The notes under the pieces: generated by a model | Database searches by the model: none | What the model saw: the letters and a program-made list of their open reading frames with translations, nothing else | Told to the model about the DNA's origin: nothing | Translations under genes and position numbers: made by a program | From: a bacterium | Lineage (GTDB): Bacteria > SAR324 > NAC60-12 | Assembly: GCA_965209155.1 (NCBI GenBank) | Contig: OZ242383.1 | Coordinates: 4,194,201-4,258,200 of the forward strand | DNA length: 64,000 nt | Direction of reading: 5' to 3' | Shown here: positions 37,885 to 47,868 of the stretch, piece after piece | How the letters are laid out: each line of letters starts with the position of its first letter | Numbering within the stretch: the first letter of the stretch is position 1

Positions 37885-39441
37885 GTGTATCTCACGCAAG
37901 GGCTTAAGAACGCAATTCAACTGAAAGGTAATGCGGTTGCCACCATCGACGGCAAGCGTAGACGGACCTGGAAGGAACTGGGGACTCGCGTAGCGAGATT
38001 CGCGGGAGCTTTGAAAGCGTTGGGGCTGTCTGAAGGAGGCCGCGTTGCCATTTTGTCTTTGAATAGCGATCGCTATTTCGAGTATTACTACGCCGTGCCT
38101 TGGGCCGGAGGTGTTTTTGTCCCCTTGAACTTCCGGCTCGCTCCTGCCGAACTGGTATTCCTCTTGAATGATTCCGGCACGGATATTCTTTTGGTGGACG
38201 ACGAATTCGCTTCAATGCTGCCCCTGATGGTGGAAAAATTGGAGACGGTACGCTGTATCGTTCGTATCAGCGACCAAACCACGCAAGAAGGCGCCTTCGA
38301 TTACGAAACGATCCTGGGTGCTGCCGATCCCATACCGGATGCGCTTATCGGGGGTTCGGAGCTGGCAGCAATCTATTACACGGGTGGAACCACCGGACTG
38401 CCCAAGGGGGTCATGCTCAGCCACGACAACCTGGTTTTCAATGCCCTCAACGCCCTGATCGTATCCGACTATTGTTCGGATTCGCTTTATTTGCACACCG
38501 CCCCCATGTTCCACATGGCGGACGCCACTTCCGTCTATGGTCTCACCATGGTACAGGGAGTCCACGTTTTTATACCAAAATACAGTTCTGAAACCACTTT
38601 GCAAACGATTGAGGAGGAAAAGATTACCAATGTGACGCTGGTACCCACCATGATCAATATGTTGGTGAACTTTCCACGAGTCGAAGACTATGATTTGTCA
38701 TCCCTGAAAAGAATCTGGTATGGCGCTTCTCCCATGCCCACGGAGATTTTGAAAAAGTCGATGGAAGTCATGCCGGGATGCCGCTTTGCCCAAAGTTACG
38801 GGATGACGGAGCTTTCTCCAATTGCAACGATACTCGAAGAAAAATATCACCAGTTGGAAAATCCTTCTCCCAGGATGAGATCCGTGGGAAGGGCCGTCCC
38901 TTCCGTCGAAATACGCATCGTGGACGAGCAGGGCCGGGAAGTCCCTCGAAATACGGTGGGCGAAGTGGCGGTACGCGGGGACAATGTCATGCTTGGCTAC
39001 TGGAACCGGGCTGAAGAAACGGCCAATGCCCTGCGAGGGGGTTGGATGCGCACCCAGGATTTGGGTTACATGGATGAAGATGGTTTTATTTTTCTCACCG
39101 ACCGGATGAAGGACATGATCATTTCCGGAGGAGAAAACGTTTATTCCGCGGAGGTGGAAAACGTTATCTATGAATACCCTGCGGTCGAATCATGCGCCGT
39201 CATCGGAATCCCGGATGATCAATGGGGTGAAAAAGCGCATGCCGTCATCACGCTCAAAGCAGGTCATTCCGCAACGGAAGCGGAACTCATCGCATTCTGT
39301 AAGGAACGGCTGGCAGGCTACAAATGTCCGCGCAGCGTGCGCTTTCAAAGCGAACCTCTGCCTCTCAGCGGGGCAGGTAAAATCCTCAAGAGCCAGCTGC
39401 GCGAACCCTATTGGAGAGGGAAAAAAAAGCGTGTGAATTAA
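37885..39441 (+). CDS. Acyl-CoA synthetase (AMP-forming ligase)
   Basis: AMP-binding motif YTGGTTGLPKGVMLSH; start placed at in-frame GTG 37885 (listed ORF begins at GTG 37792, which overlaps the thiolase gene); start uncertain. Confidence 0.75.
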   Translation: MYLTQGLKNAIQLKGNAVATIDGKRRRTWKELGTRVARFAGALKALGLSEGGRVAILSLNSDRYFEYYYAVPWAGGVFVPLNFRLAPAELVFLLNDSGTDILLVDDEFASMLPLMVEKLETVRCIVRISDQTTQEGAFDYETILGAADPIPDALIGGSELAAIYYTGGTTGLPKGVMLSHDNLVFNALNALIVSDYCSDSLYLHTAPMFHMADATSVYGLTMVQGVHVFIPKYSSETTLQTIEEEKITNVTLVPTMINMLVNFPRVEDYDLSSLKRIWYGASPMPTEILKKSMEVMPGCRFAQSYGMTELSPIATILEEKYHQLENPSPRMRSVGRAVPSVEIRIVDEQGREVPRNTVGEVAVRGDNVMLGYWNRAEETANALRGGWMRTQDLGYMDEDGFIFLTDRMKDMIISGGENVYSAEVENVIYEYPAVESCAVIGIPDDQWGEKAHAVITLKAGHSATEAELIAFCKERLAGYKCPRSVRFQSEPLPLSGAGKILKSQLREPYWRGKKKRVN

Positions 39442-39453
39442 TAAAAAATCGCA

Positions 39454-40149
39454 TCAATCCTGCTTCACGCTTTCCAGGTTGATGGCGCTACTGAGATCGA
39501 CTGCCTCCAACTCCACCTGGTGCAGGTCCACTTCTTCCAAATCCGTTCCTTTGAGATCCGCGCCGAGCAGTCTGGCGCCGCTGAGGTCGGCTCTTCTCAG
39601 GTAGGTACCGGTCAGGTTGGCTCCTCGCATATCCGCATGAGCCAGGTAAGCGTCGCCGAGGTAAGCCTGCCTGAGATCGGCTTGCTGCAGGTTCGCCCCT
39701 TTGAGGTCCGCATTGCTCAAATTGATTTTGTTGAGGTCGCTGCCCTCGAGGTTGGCCTCTTCGAGATTCGCATTGTTCAAATCGACTCCAACGAAATGCA
39801 CGCCGCTGAGATTGCTGCCCTTGAGGTTGGCATAGCGAAGATTCGTGTTTTTCAGGATGGCGCGCCTCAAATCCGCGTGGGCGAGATTGGCTTTGCGCAG
39901 GTTCGTGCTTTCCAGGTTGGAATCACTCAAATTGGCTTTACGCAGGTCGGCATGGTTGAGATCGGTCTGGCTCAGGTTGGCCCCTTGAAGGTCGGCCTCC
40001 TGCAGGTTCGCTTCCTGGAGGTTCACCTGCCGCAAGTCCGCTTTTTTCAAATCGAGACCACTGAAATCGGCTCGACGTCCTTCCACTTTTTTCGTCTCGA
40101 GCCATCGTTGGTGGGCATCGACCATGACTTGGAACTCTTTTTTTTCCAT
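39454..40149 (-). CDS. Pentapeptide repeat-containing protein
   Basis: 231 aa made almost entirely of A(D/N)LxxANL-type pentapeptide repeats. Confidence 0.85.
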   Translation of the reverse strand: MEKKEFQVMVDAHQRWLETKKVEGRRADFSGLDLKKADLRQVNLQEANLQEADLQGANLSQTDLNHADLRKANLSDSNLESTNLRKANLAHADLRRAILKNTNLRYANLKGSNLSGVHFVGVDLNNANLEEANLEGSDLNKINLSNADLKGANLQQADLRQAYLGDAYLAHADMRGANLTGTYLRRADLSGARLLGADLKGTDLEEVDLHQVELEAVDLSSAINLESVKQD

Positions 40150-40199
40150 AGGGCTCCTCCTCCGCTCTCTTGAGGGTTAATCGTGTGGGAACCTGCTTT

Positions 40200-41180
40200 T
40201 CAGACCGTCAGGATGATCTTGCCGATATTTTCATTCGCTTCGATCGCCGTATGGGCGGCTGCCACCTCCTCCAAGGGCAGCACTCGATCGATGACCACTT
40301 TCAGTTCCCCCGTTTCAAACTTGCTTAAATAGGATTGCGCGAATTCCCGGGTCAGTGAAATTTTGTAATCGATGGGGCGATTCCGTAAAGTGGAGCCCAT
40401 CAATTTGATACGTTTTCGCATCAGGAGACCCAACTCGAACGATTCCACTTGCGCGCCACCCAGCATGGCCAGGAAGACGAGACGACCATCCTGCGCGATA
40501 CAGCTCAGGTTTTGCCGGAAATGGGGTTCTCCAACAAAATCGATAATCACGTCCGCGCCATGACCTCGGGTCGCCTCCAAAACCGCCTCCGCGAATCCGG
40601 AGTCTCGATAATTGACGGCCAGGTCGGCCCCGAGTTCGCGGCAGACTCGTAACTTGGCTTCGGAGCCTGCCGTGGTCATCACGGTACATTGCTCCACTTT
40701 GGCGGTTTGGATCGCTGCGGTTCCCACTCCGCTGGCCCCTGCATGAATCAAGACCTTTTCCCGGGGATGCAATTCTCCCAGCCAGATTAGGGATTGGTAG
40801 GTGGTTAGGTACGTTTCAGCAATTCCGGCTCCCTCTTCAAAGCTCAGGTTTTCGGGAACCGGCATTGCCATTTCCTCGGGAACAGCCACGAATTCCGCAT
40901 AACCCCCGCCCGGTAATAAGGCGAAAACACGGTCACCCTTAGTCCATTTTTTGACCTTTGCCCCCACGCTTTCCACTTCGCCTGCCATTTCCAATCCCAA
41001 AATAGAACTGGCACCCGGGGGAGGCGGGTACATTCCCCGGCGCTGCGCCGTATCGGCGCGATTGATGGCAGTGGCCTTGACTTTGACCATGATTTCGTTT
41101 TCCTCGCATTCCGGCAACGGCGCATCACCCAAATAAAGTTGTTCGGGACCTCCGGGTTCTTTTAACAAAACGGCTTTCAT
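40200..41180 (-). CDS. NAD(P)H:quinone oxidoreductase (zinc-independent MDR family)
   Basis: 326 aa; MDR-family pattern with nucleotide-binding HAGASGVGTAAIQ. Confidence 0.8.
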   Translation of the reverse strand: MKAVLLKEPGGPEQLYLGDAPLPECEENEIMVKVKATAINRADTAQRRGMYPPPPGASSILGLEMAGEVESVGAKVKKWTKGDRVFALLPGGGYAEFVAVPEEMAMPVPENLSFEEGAGIAETYLTTYQSLIWLGELHPREKVLIHAGASGVGTAAIQTAKVEQCTVMTTAGSEAKLRVCRELGADLAVNYRDSGFAEAVLEATRGHGADVIIDFVGEPHFRQNLSCIAQDGRLVFLAMLGGAQVESFELGLLMRKRIKLMGSTLRNRPIDYKISLTREFAQSYLSKFETGELKVVIDRVLPLEEVAAAHTAIEANENIGKIILTV

Positions 41181-41280
41181 ATTAATCTTTGAATATTTAT
41201 ACAGGTATTTGAGTTTTTTAAATTATTACGAAAAATCCCAGAATCGCGTCTGGTATTTCAAGGCTTCAGGAGTCGAGTGA

Positions 41281-43008
41281 TTAAAATTGCGAGGAGACTT
41301 CCATGAACGTGAATTTTTTTGAAGTGACCACGTCCAACACGACGGGGACCTCACTCCCCTCAGTGTCTTTCAAGGTAGTTTCCAGGATTCCGGGTTCTTC
41401 GATGCGAAATCCACGACAACCCAAACTTTTTGCAATGCCGGCATAATCGATGTCTGAAAATTCGGAAGCGATCTTTCGCTCCCCTTGCCCACTGCGAACC
41501 CATCCCAAGGCGCTGTTGTTGAAGATGACAACCGTGATGGGAATATTTTCCTCACAGGCCGTGATCAGTCCGTTCATCGACATGGGAAAACCTCCATCCC
41601 CGCACACTGCCACGGCACGTCGAGTCGGATTTGCCAGTTTCGCTCCCATCGCAGCGGGGATTGCGTATCCCATGCCTCCGGTGGCCGCGGGTGATATCAG
41701 GGTTCCGGCCTGTCGTGTTTGAAACCAGTGGGTCATGAAGAGGCGATTTTCACCGGCATCGCAAGTCACGATCGCGTCATCGGCCAGTCCATTGCGGATC
41801 TCGTTGATGATGCGTTGTGGCAGCAAGGGAACTTCTTCGGAAATCGCTTCCTGGCTGTCGAAGAAACCATATTCTTTCCGGTTGCTTGCTTGTCGGGTTT
41901 TCCTTGCCTGGAGCATTTCCCCAGGGGGCGGTCCCAGTTCATGGATACGCCGGCAAAGCTGTTGCAGCGCCAGTCTGGCGTCTCCGATGACGACATGATC
42001 ACAGGGGAAAGTCCAACTGGCGTTTTTCGCTTCGATGTCCAACTGGATGAAATTTTGACGGGTCGCGTCGAGAAATCGAGGATTTTGACCCGCCGTATCA
42101 CTCGGTGATAATTTCGAACCGACTACGAAAATCGTATCGGCGGCCGCCATCGTCCGGTTGGCTACGCGTTGGCCGAAATTACCGAAGACGCCAAGCGCCC
42201 GGGGATGGTTTTCAGGGAAGACCCCTTTGCCGGAGGCGGTGGTGGCCACCGGAGCGGCAATCAACTCAGCCAGTTCCTGCAGGGGATCATAAGCGCCGCT
42301 GATGCGCACTCCATTTCCTGCGAGAATAACGGGAGATTCGGCAGACAACAAGGCCCGGGCGGCGTTCTCGATACTTTCCGCATCGGCGGGCGCCGGGGGT
42401 GGTGGTAAATAAGACCGGCCTGCATACAGTTTCGGCACGGAGTCCGGACCCACCCGGCTCTTCAGCGCCGTTCCATGATAAAGCAATGCCACCGGCCCAC
42501 GCTCCCCCGTCAGGGCATGCTTGATGGCCAGTTGCGTACTTTGCACGGTTTCAGCCGGCCCATGTGGAAGAAAGGTCGCTTTCGTCAAGCCTTTGAATAC
42601 CGATTTCGCATCCCATGTACGGTAATCGCCGGTTCCGGATTGATAAGGAGCGTGGTGGGAAAAGGGCGCCCCGTCGGACAGGTCGGTTAATATCAGCAAG
42701 GGCGAACTGCCGCAAAAAGCCTCCAGGGTTCCAAGCATGCTGTTGGAAAGCATGAACATTCCCTGCCCTACGGCGACTGCGGGCTTTCCGGTGAATCGTC
42801 CATACACTTCCGCCATGATGCTTGCCAACGTTTCCTGTCTCACGAGGACCGTGCGGATCGTGGACCGATGATCGTGCAGCGCATTGAATAAAATACCCGT
42901 GTTGCCGCCCGGGATGCCAATTACCAGGTCCACTCCCATCTCTTCGATGGCACGTATGATCGCTTCGCTGACCGGTACTTCTTCCTCCAACAATAGTTTA
43001 TTTCCCAT
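41281..43008 (-). CDS. Thiamine pyrophosphate-dependent enzyme (acetolactate synthase large subunit-like)
   Basis: 575 aa; N-terminal TPP pyrimidine-binding region and C-terminal GDGGF-type TPP-binding motif (VCGDGGFPMSMNGL). Confidence 0.8.
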   Translation of the reverse strand: MGNKLLLEEEVPVSEAIIRAIEEMGVDLVIGIPGGNTGILFNALHDHRSTIRTVLVRQETLASIMAEVYGRFTGKPAVAVGQGMFMLSNSMLGTLEAFCGSSPLLILTDLSDGAPFSHHAPYQSGTGDYRTWDAKSVFKGLTKATFLPHGPAETVQSTQLAIKHALTGERGPVALLYHGTALKSRVGPDSVPKLYAGRSYLPPPPAPADAESIENAARALLSAESPVILAGNGVRISGAYDPLQELAELIAAPVATTASGKGVFPENHPRALGVFGNFGQRVANRTMAAADTIFVVGSKLSPSDTAGQNPRFLDATRQNFIQLDIEAKNASWTFPCDHVVIGDARLALQQLCRRIHELGPPPGEMLQARKTRQASNRKEYGFFDSQEAISEEVPLLPQRIINEIRNGLADDAIVTCDAGENRLFMTHWFQTRQAGTLISPAATGGMGYAIPAAMGAKLANPTRRAVAVCGDGGFPMSMNGLITACEENIPITVVIFNNSALGWVRSGQGERKIASEFSDIDYAGIAKSLGCRGFRIEEPGILETTLKDTEGSEVPVVLDVVTSKKFTFMEVSSQF

Positions 43009-43370
43009 TTTTTTCCTTTCTGTTGTTTTTACTTACGTGCGAAGTATTGAAGTATAAATGATTGCAGGAAAAATTGTCAATATTTACGGAGTCTTATTTT
43101 CAGAAAAATGCTTGACCTCGATTATCGGGTACGATAGGCTTTGACGGCAAGTTAAAAACTGATGTCAGGTGAACAAATTTTGCATTAAGAGCGCCTATGC
43201 GCATTCCAGGAAACGGTCAATTTGCATTAGCGGGACAAGCTCCTTTGCGCCTTTGTACCTTCTTTCTGAAGAGCTTCAGGAATAAAATCGATCTTCTGCA
43301 AGTTCCATACGCCTGACATGAGTTAAAAAATGTTTTTTCAAGTCATTCAGTCAATTCACGGGAGAATATT

Positions 43371-43790
43371 ATGACACTGGATACCTATCTCAACTTCAAC
43401 GGCAATTGTCGGGAAGCCTTCAATTTTTATCGCTCCGTGTTCGGTGGTGAGTTTACCACGATACAAACTTTCAGGAACGGCCCCCCTGATATGGGAGTGG
43501 CCGAAGAGGAGCTGGATAAAATATTACACGTTTCGCTACCAATAGGAACCAGCGTCCTGATGGGCAGCGACATGCCTTCCAATTTTGGTCCGGAACGTGT
43601 TTTCGGCAACAATTTTTCAATATCCGTGAGCCCGGAAAGTAAGGAAGAGGCGGACCGGCTCTTCACTGAGCTTTCCGGAGGTGGGTCGGTCACCATGCCC
43701 ATACAGGACGTTTTTTGGGGTTCCTATTTCGGTTCGCTCACCGACCAGTTCGGCATAAACTGGCAGGTCAATTTTGACCGGCAAACATAA
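43371..43790 (+). CDS. VOC family protein (PhnB-like glyoxalase fold)
   Basis: 139 aa; YLNFNGNCREAFNFY N-terminus and GxxWG motif (DVFWGSYFGSLTDQFGINWQVN) typical of the PhnB-like subgroup. Confidence 0.7.
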   Translation: MTLDTYLNFNGNCREAFNFYRSVFGGEFTTIQTFRNGPPDMGVAEEELDKILHVSLPIGTSVLMGSDMPSNFGPERVFGNNFSISVSPESKEEADRLFTELSGGGSVTMPIQDVFWGSYFGSLTDQFGINWQVNFDRQT

Positions 43791-43835
43791 AAGCGCAAGC
43801 CGTCCTCGAATTCCCAAAGAGAGAAGCCCAACATC

Positions 43836-44042
43836 CCCTGGATTCCGGGTCTGTGCCCGGAATGACAACACTAACGCCGCCTGGATTCCGGGTCTGCGCC
43901 CGGAATGACAACACTGACATCCCCTGGATTCCGGGTCTGTGCCCGGAATGACAACACTGACATCCCCTGGATTCCGGGTCTGTGCCCGGAATGACAACAC
44001 TGACATCCCCTGGATTCCGGGTCTGTGCCCGGAATGACAACG
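43836..44042 (+). repeat. Tandem array of five 43-bp REP-like hairpin units
   Basis: Near-identical units CCTGGATTCCGGGTCTGTGCCCGGAATGACAACACTGACATCC, each with inverted repeat ATTCCGGG / CCCGGAAT; no spacers. Confidence 0.85.
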
Positions 44043-44399
44043 CAGCAAATAGCATGAACGAGAAAACCTCGTACGCCCTTCAGCCCTACGGTATTTTCAT
44101 TGAAATTCGAGGATCAAAAAATAAGCAGGCGTCTTAAAAAATAATCACTTCTTTGAAAACAAGTTCGGGACGATGGATTTTGAGAAATTATTTTAATCAA
44201 TCATTTCAGCGACTTCCTTTGTTTTTCCCATAAATAACGCGCTTGGTATGGCTTTTGTAGAAAGAACATTGACTGTTGAAATTCCCATCCCACCGGTTTC
44301 AGCCGGGGTTGCGCTTTTGAACAAGCGAGCTCCAGACAAAGAAAGGGTGGAAGGGAAATCGCTATTACCATATATCTTGCCATGAAATAAGGGGATGAA

Positions 44400-45818
44400 A
44401 TGTCTGATAAAACGAAGTTGCATTTGCATGATCACACAAATCACGAAGTGGACAGCGAACTGAAAAAAGATTTCGAACAAAACCTGGAAAATGATTTCAC
44501 GGAAATGGAATGTTATTCCAGCCATCCTGATGAAGATCATCATGAAGAACACGCCCGGTCACCCGAAGCGATCATGGGAGACGTGATTGAAGATTCTATC
44601 ATGAAAGCCGTGATACCGGATGCGATGACTCGCAGAACGTTGATCGACCGCCTGGGAAAAGGAGCGGCAGCGGCGTTGGTCGCTTCTTTTTTTCCGTTGG
44701 ACGCGGCCAGGACCCTGGCAACGGAACCGGTAAAAGATATCGAAAAGAAAGATCTCAGCATTGGATTCATCCCCATTACCTGCGCCACGCCCATCATTAT
44801 GGCGGAACCGATGGGATTTTATGAAAAGTATGGATTGAATGCCAAAGTCCGGCGCGCAGCCGGGTGGGCCATGGTGAGAGACTGGGCCATCAATAAAGAC
44901 GTGGACGCCGCACACATGCTCAGCCCGATGCCGCTGTCCATTTCCTTGGGGGCAGGGTCTAAAAAAGTGCCTTTCTTCATGCCTGCCGTGGAGAACATCA
45001 ACGGACAGGCGATTACCCTCCACAAGAAGCATTCCGGAGTGAAGGAAGCCAAAGACATGAAAGGATTTCGATTCTGCGTCCCCTTTCGTTATTCGATGCA
45101 CAACTACTTGTTGCGCTACTACCTGGCGGAAGGTGGAGTTCACCCGGACAAAGACGTACAAATCCGCGTGGTCCCCCCTCCGGAAATGGTGGCCAACCTG
45201 AAAGCGGAAAACGTGGACGGTTACCTCGCGCCGGATCCTTTCAACCAAAGGGCCGTCTATGAAAATGTGGGTTACATTTACAAACTGACGAAAGACATTT
45301 GGGATGGACATCCTTGTTGCGCCTTTGCCATTTCAAAAGAATTCACGACCACCTATCCCAATACCTTCCATGCCCTTTTTAAATCGATTGTCGATGCCAC
45401 TCATTTTTCCTCGGACAAATCCAACCGGAGGGATATCGCCAAAGCAATTGCTCCCAAAAATTATTTGAACCAGCCCGTCATTGTCCTCGAACAAGTGTTG
45501 ACCGGGCGTTTTGCCGATGGATTGGGCAAAATTCAAAACGTACCGGATCGTATCGATTTCGATCCCTTCCCCTGGCATTCGATGGCCGTCTGGATTCTGA
45601 CCCAAATGAAACGTTGGAAACACGTCGAAAGCGATTTTGACTATCACCAGGTGGCGGAACAGGTCTACCTGGCTGGCGAGTGTGATCAATTTATTGAAGA
45701 ACTCGGTTACGAAAAACGGGGAAAGACTTACCGGAAACACGTCATCATGGGCAAAGAGTTCGATCCGGGCAAACCCGAAGAGTATATGAAGAGTTTTCCG
45801 ATCAATAATTTATCTTGA
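44400..45818 (+). CDS. Nitrate/cyanate/bicarbonate-type ABC transporter substrate-binding protein (NrtA/CynA-like) with Tat signal
   Basis: 472 aa; twin-arginine motif (TRRTLIDRLGKGAAAALVA) preceded by a ~75-aa His/acid-rich extension; first gene of the cluster with permease, cynS and ATPase. Confidence 0.7.
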   Translation: MSDKTKLHLHDHTNHEVDSELKKDFEQNLENDFTEMECYSSHPDEDHHEEHARSPEAIMGDVIEDSIMKAVIPDAMTRRTLIDRLGKGAAAALVASFFPLDAARTLATEPVKDIEKKDLSIGFIPITCATPIIMAEPMGFYEKYGLNAKVRRAAGWAMVRDWAINKDVDAAHMLSPMPLSISLGAGSKKVPFFMPAVENINGQAITLHKKHSGVKEAKDMKGFRFCVPFRYSMHNYLLRYYLAEGGVHPDKDVQIRVVPPPEMVANLKAENVDGYLAPDPFNQRAVYENVGYIYKLTKDIWDGHPCCAFAISKEFTTTYPNTFHALFKSIVDATHFSSDKSNRRDIAKAIAPKNYLNQPVIVLEQVLTGRFADGLGKIQNVPDRIDFDPFPWHSMAVWILTQMKRWKHVESDFDYHQVAEQVYLAGECDQFIEELGYEKRGKTYRKHVIMGKEFDPGKPEEYMKSFPINNLS

Positions 45819-45874
45819 GAGGGATCGCACTTCTTCCTGCAATCCATCAAATCGTACCATAGAGAAGCCCTGTC

Positions 45875-46774
45875 ATGCAATATTTGATAAAAATATATAA
45901 AGAGTATCTCGGTCCATTGTTGCTTTCACTCGTCATCTTATTGGTTTTCCTGGGAACCTGGCATGTCGTGACCAAGGCACCGGCCTTCGATCCATCCGGC
46001 TACACGGAAGAAGAACTGGTGACGATGGAATTCAATGGCGACCTCGTTCGTGACGCGAACGACCAGTATATTTATAACCCAGATAAGCCTCGAGGAATCC
46101 CGGGACCGGCCAAGGTTTATGAAAAGTCGGTGGAGGAACTGCAGGAACCCTTTCACAAAAAAGGGACGAATGATCACGGGATTGGCTTTTTGATGCTATA
46201 CACCATTCAACGTTTCCTGAGCGGATTCGTGGCGGCCTCCGTGGTTGCGGTCATTTTAGGGGTGATCATTGGTTTGTCCAAGGCTCTTTTCACGGCGCTC
46301 AATCCTTTTATTCAAATCCTCAAACCCATCTCGCCCCTGGCTTGGATGCCATTGTTGCTCTACAGCGTGCAAGATCCGGTTTGGACCGCAATCCTGGTGG
46401 TTTTCATGGCAGCCTTGTGGCCCACTGTCGCCAACACCGCATTCGGCGTCAGTACGATGCGGCAAGATTATCTCCGTGTTGCCAGTCTGCTCGAGATGAA
46501 TTTTTTTCGCCGGCTTTTTTTAGTCATCCTCCCTGCGGCAGCCCCTGCCATTATCGCAGGTCTGCGAATCTCGTTTGGTAGCGCGTTGGTCGCGGTCGTC
46601 CCTGCCGAGATGCTCTTGGGAGAACTGGGCATTGGATATCTCAGCTGGATTGAATGGAATAACCTGGACATCAGCGGCGTGATCTTTGCCATCATCATGG
46701 TGGGCGCCATGGGATTTCTCTTGGATAGCGCCTTTGTCAAAATGGCAAACGCAGTGAGCTATCCTGAATCTTAA
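45875..46774 (+). CDS. ABC transporter permease (NrtB/CynB-like)
   Basis: 299 aa, multi-pass membrane protein with permease-type loop, directly downstream of the SBP. Confidence 0.75.
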   Translation: MQYLIKIYKEYLGPLLLSLVILLVFLGTWHVVTKAPAFDPSGYTEEELVTMEFNGDLVRDANDQYIYNPDKPRGIPGPAKVYEKSVEELQEPFHKKGTNDHGIGFLMLYTIQRFLSGFVAASVVAVILGVIIGLSKALFTALNPFIQILKPISPLAWMPLLLYSVQDPVWTAILVVFMAALWPTVANTAFGVSTMRQDYLRVASLLEMNFFRRLFLVILPAAAPAIIAGLRISFGSALVAVVPAEMLLGELGIGYLSWIEWNNLDISGVIFAIIMVGAMGFLLDSAFVKMANAVSYPES

Positions 46775-46799
46775 TAATGAAATAATAGAAAGAGGAACT

Positions 46800-47243
46800 A
46801 TGTCGAGACAAGAAGTAACTGAAAAATTGTTGGACGCGAAAAAGAAAAAAGGCGTCACTTTTGAAGAAATCGCAGCTGTGGTCGGAGGAGACAAAGTGTG
46901 GATCGCGTCGGTGATGTTCGGACAAAACAGCATGGAAGCGGAACAAGCGAGGAATCTCGCGGAATACCTGGAGCTGGGAAGCGACGTTGCCGAATCGATC
47001 CAGGAATGTCCGATGAAAGGGGACCTGAACCAGACGGTTCCCATCGATCCCCTCATTTATCGTTTTTACGAAATCACCCAGTGCTATGGGAGCAGTATGA
47101 AAGCCATCATACATGAAATGTTCGGGGACGGTATCATGAGCGCAATCGATTTCAGTATCGATATCAGCAAAAAAGAAGATCCCAAAGGAGACCGGGTGGT
47201 GGTCACCTTTGATGGAAAATTTTTACCCTATCGTAAATGGTAA
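46800..47243 (+). CDS. cynS: Cyanase (cyanate hydratase)
   Basis: 147 aa; C-terminal half (IDPLIYRFYE...GDGIMSAIDF...KFLPY) matches CynS closely. Confidence 0.9.
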   Translation: MSRQEVTEKLLDAKKKKGVTFEEIAAVVGGDKVWIASVMFGQNSMEAEQARNLAEYLELGSDVAESIQECPMKGDLNQTVPIDPLIYRFYEITQCYGSSMKAIIHEMFGDGIMSAIDFSIDISKKEDPKGDRVVVTFDGKFLPYRKW

Positions 47244-47810
47244 GTCATCACCACCGGCAGAGCCGGTGGCTTGAAGAGGCCCCCAGTATGAGGGCAAAAC
47301 GTGTTCGTCATCGTAAGACGTGCTCGTGCTCGTGAACGAAAAAGGCTGCCATGTTAGATCATGAAAAACTCGATGTATACCAATGTTCCATCGAATTTTT
47401 AGCGTTATCTGTCCAAGTCATCGAAACATTGCCAAAAGGATACTCAGCCTTAGTTGACCAACTGAAAAGGGCCTCATGGTCGATTCCTCTCAATATCGCA
47501 GAAGGCTGTGGAAAAAATTCCTTTGCTGACAAGCAACGATTCTATGCATTGGCCCGAGGTTCCGCAATGGAATGCGCTGCTATTCTCGATGTTTTAAACG
47601 TGTTGAAGATCATCCAGCCTCCTTTATTTGACGAAGGGAAACAGTTACTTCATCGCATTGTTTCTATGTTAACCAAAATGTGCCGTCAAATTCACTGACC
47701 GTTCACGAGCACGAGCACGGCTAACGGACACGGATACGTTTCTCATGTCTGACCGGCAAAGCCTATTAGGTTCGCACCAGCAGAGCTGGTGGTTTAATGA
47801 GATTAATTAT
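47244..47810 (+). mobile_element. IVS-like cassette carrying four-helix-bundle protein gene (copy 2, intact)
   Basis: Begins immediately after the cynS stop; palindromic ends (CCACCGGCAGAGCCGGTGG and ACCAGCAGAGCTGGTGG) and long inverted stem arms GTGCTCGTGCTCGTGAACG / CGTTCACGAGCACGAGCAC flanking the ORF. Confidence 0.7.
47351..47698 (+). CDS. Four-helix-bundle protein (23S rRNA intervening-sequence protein family)
   Basis: 115 aa; hallmark motifs LDVYQ, QLKRASWSIPLNIAEG, ARGSAMECAAILDVL. Confidence 0.8.
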   Translation: MLDHEKLDVYQCSIEFLALSVQVIETLPKGYSALVDQLKRASWSIPLNIAEGCGKNSFADKQRFYALARGSAMECAAILDVLNVLKIIQPPLFDEGKQLLHRIVSMLTKMCRQIH

Positions 47811-47868
47811 TGAAGACATACACCGAATTCAGGTTGGTTACTTCACGATAAATAAAGGAGAGAATCCG

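Noticed and set aside
39520-40173. 217-aa plus-strand ORF
   Set aside because: Antisense to the pentapeptide-repeat gene; the open frame is a by-product of the periodic repeat.
44559-45311. 250-aa minus-strand ORF
   Set aside because: Antisense to the NrtA/CynA-like substrate-binding protein gene; no independent support.
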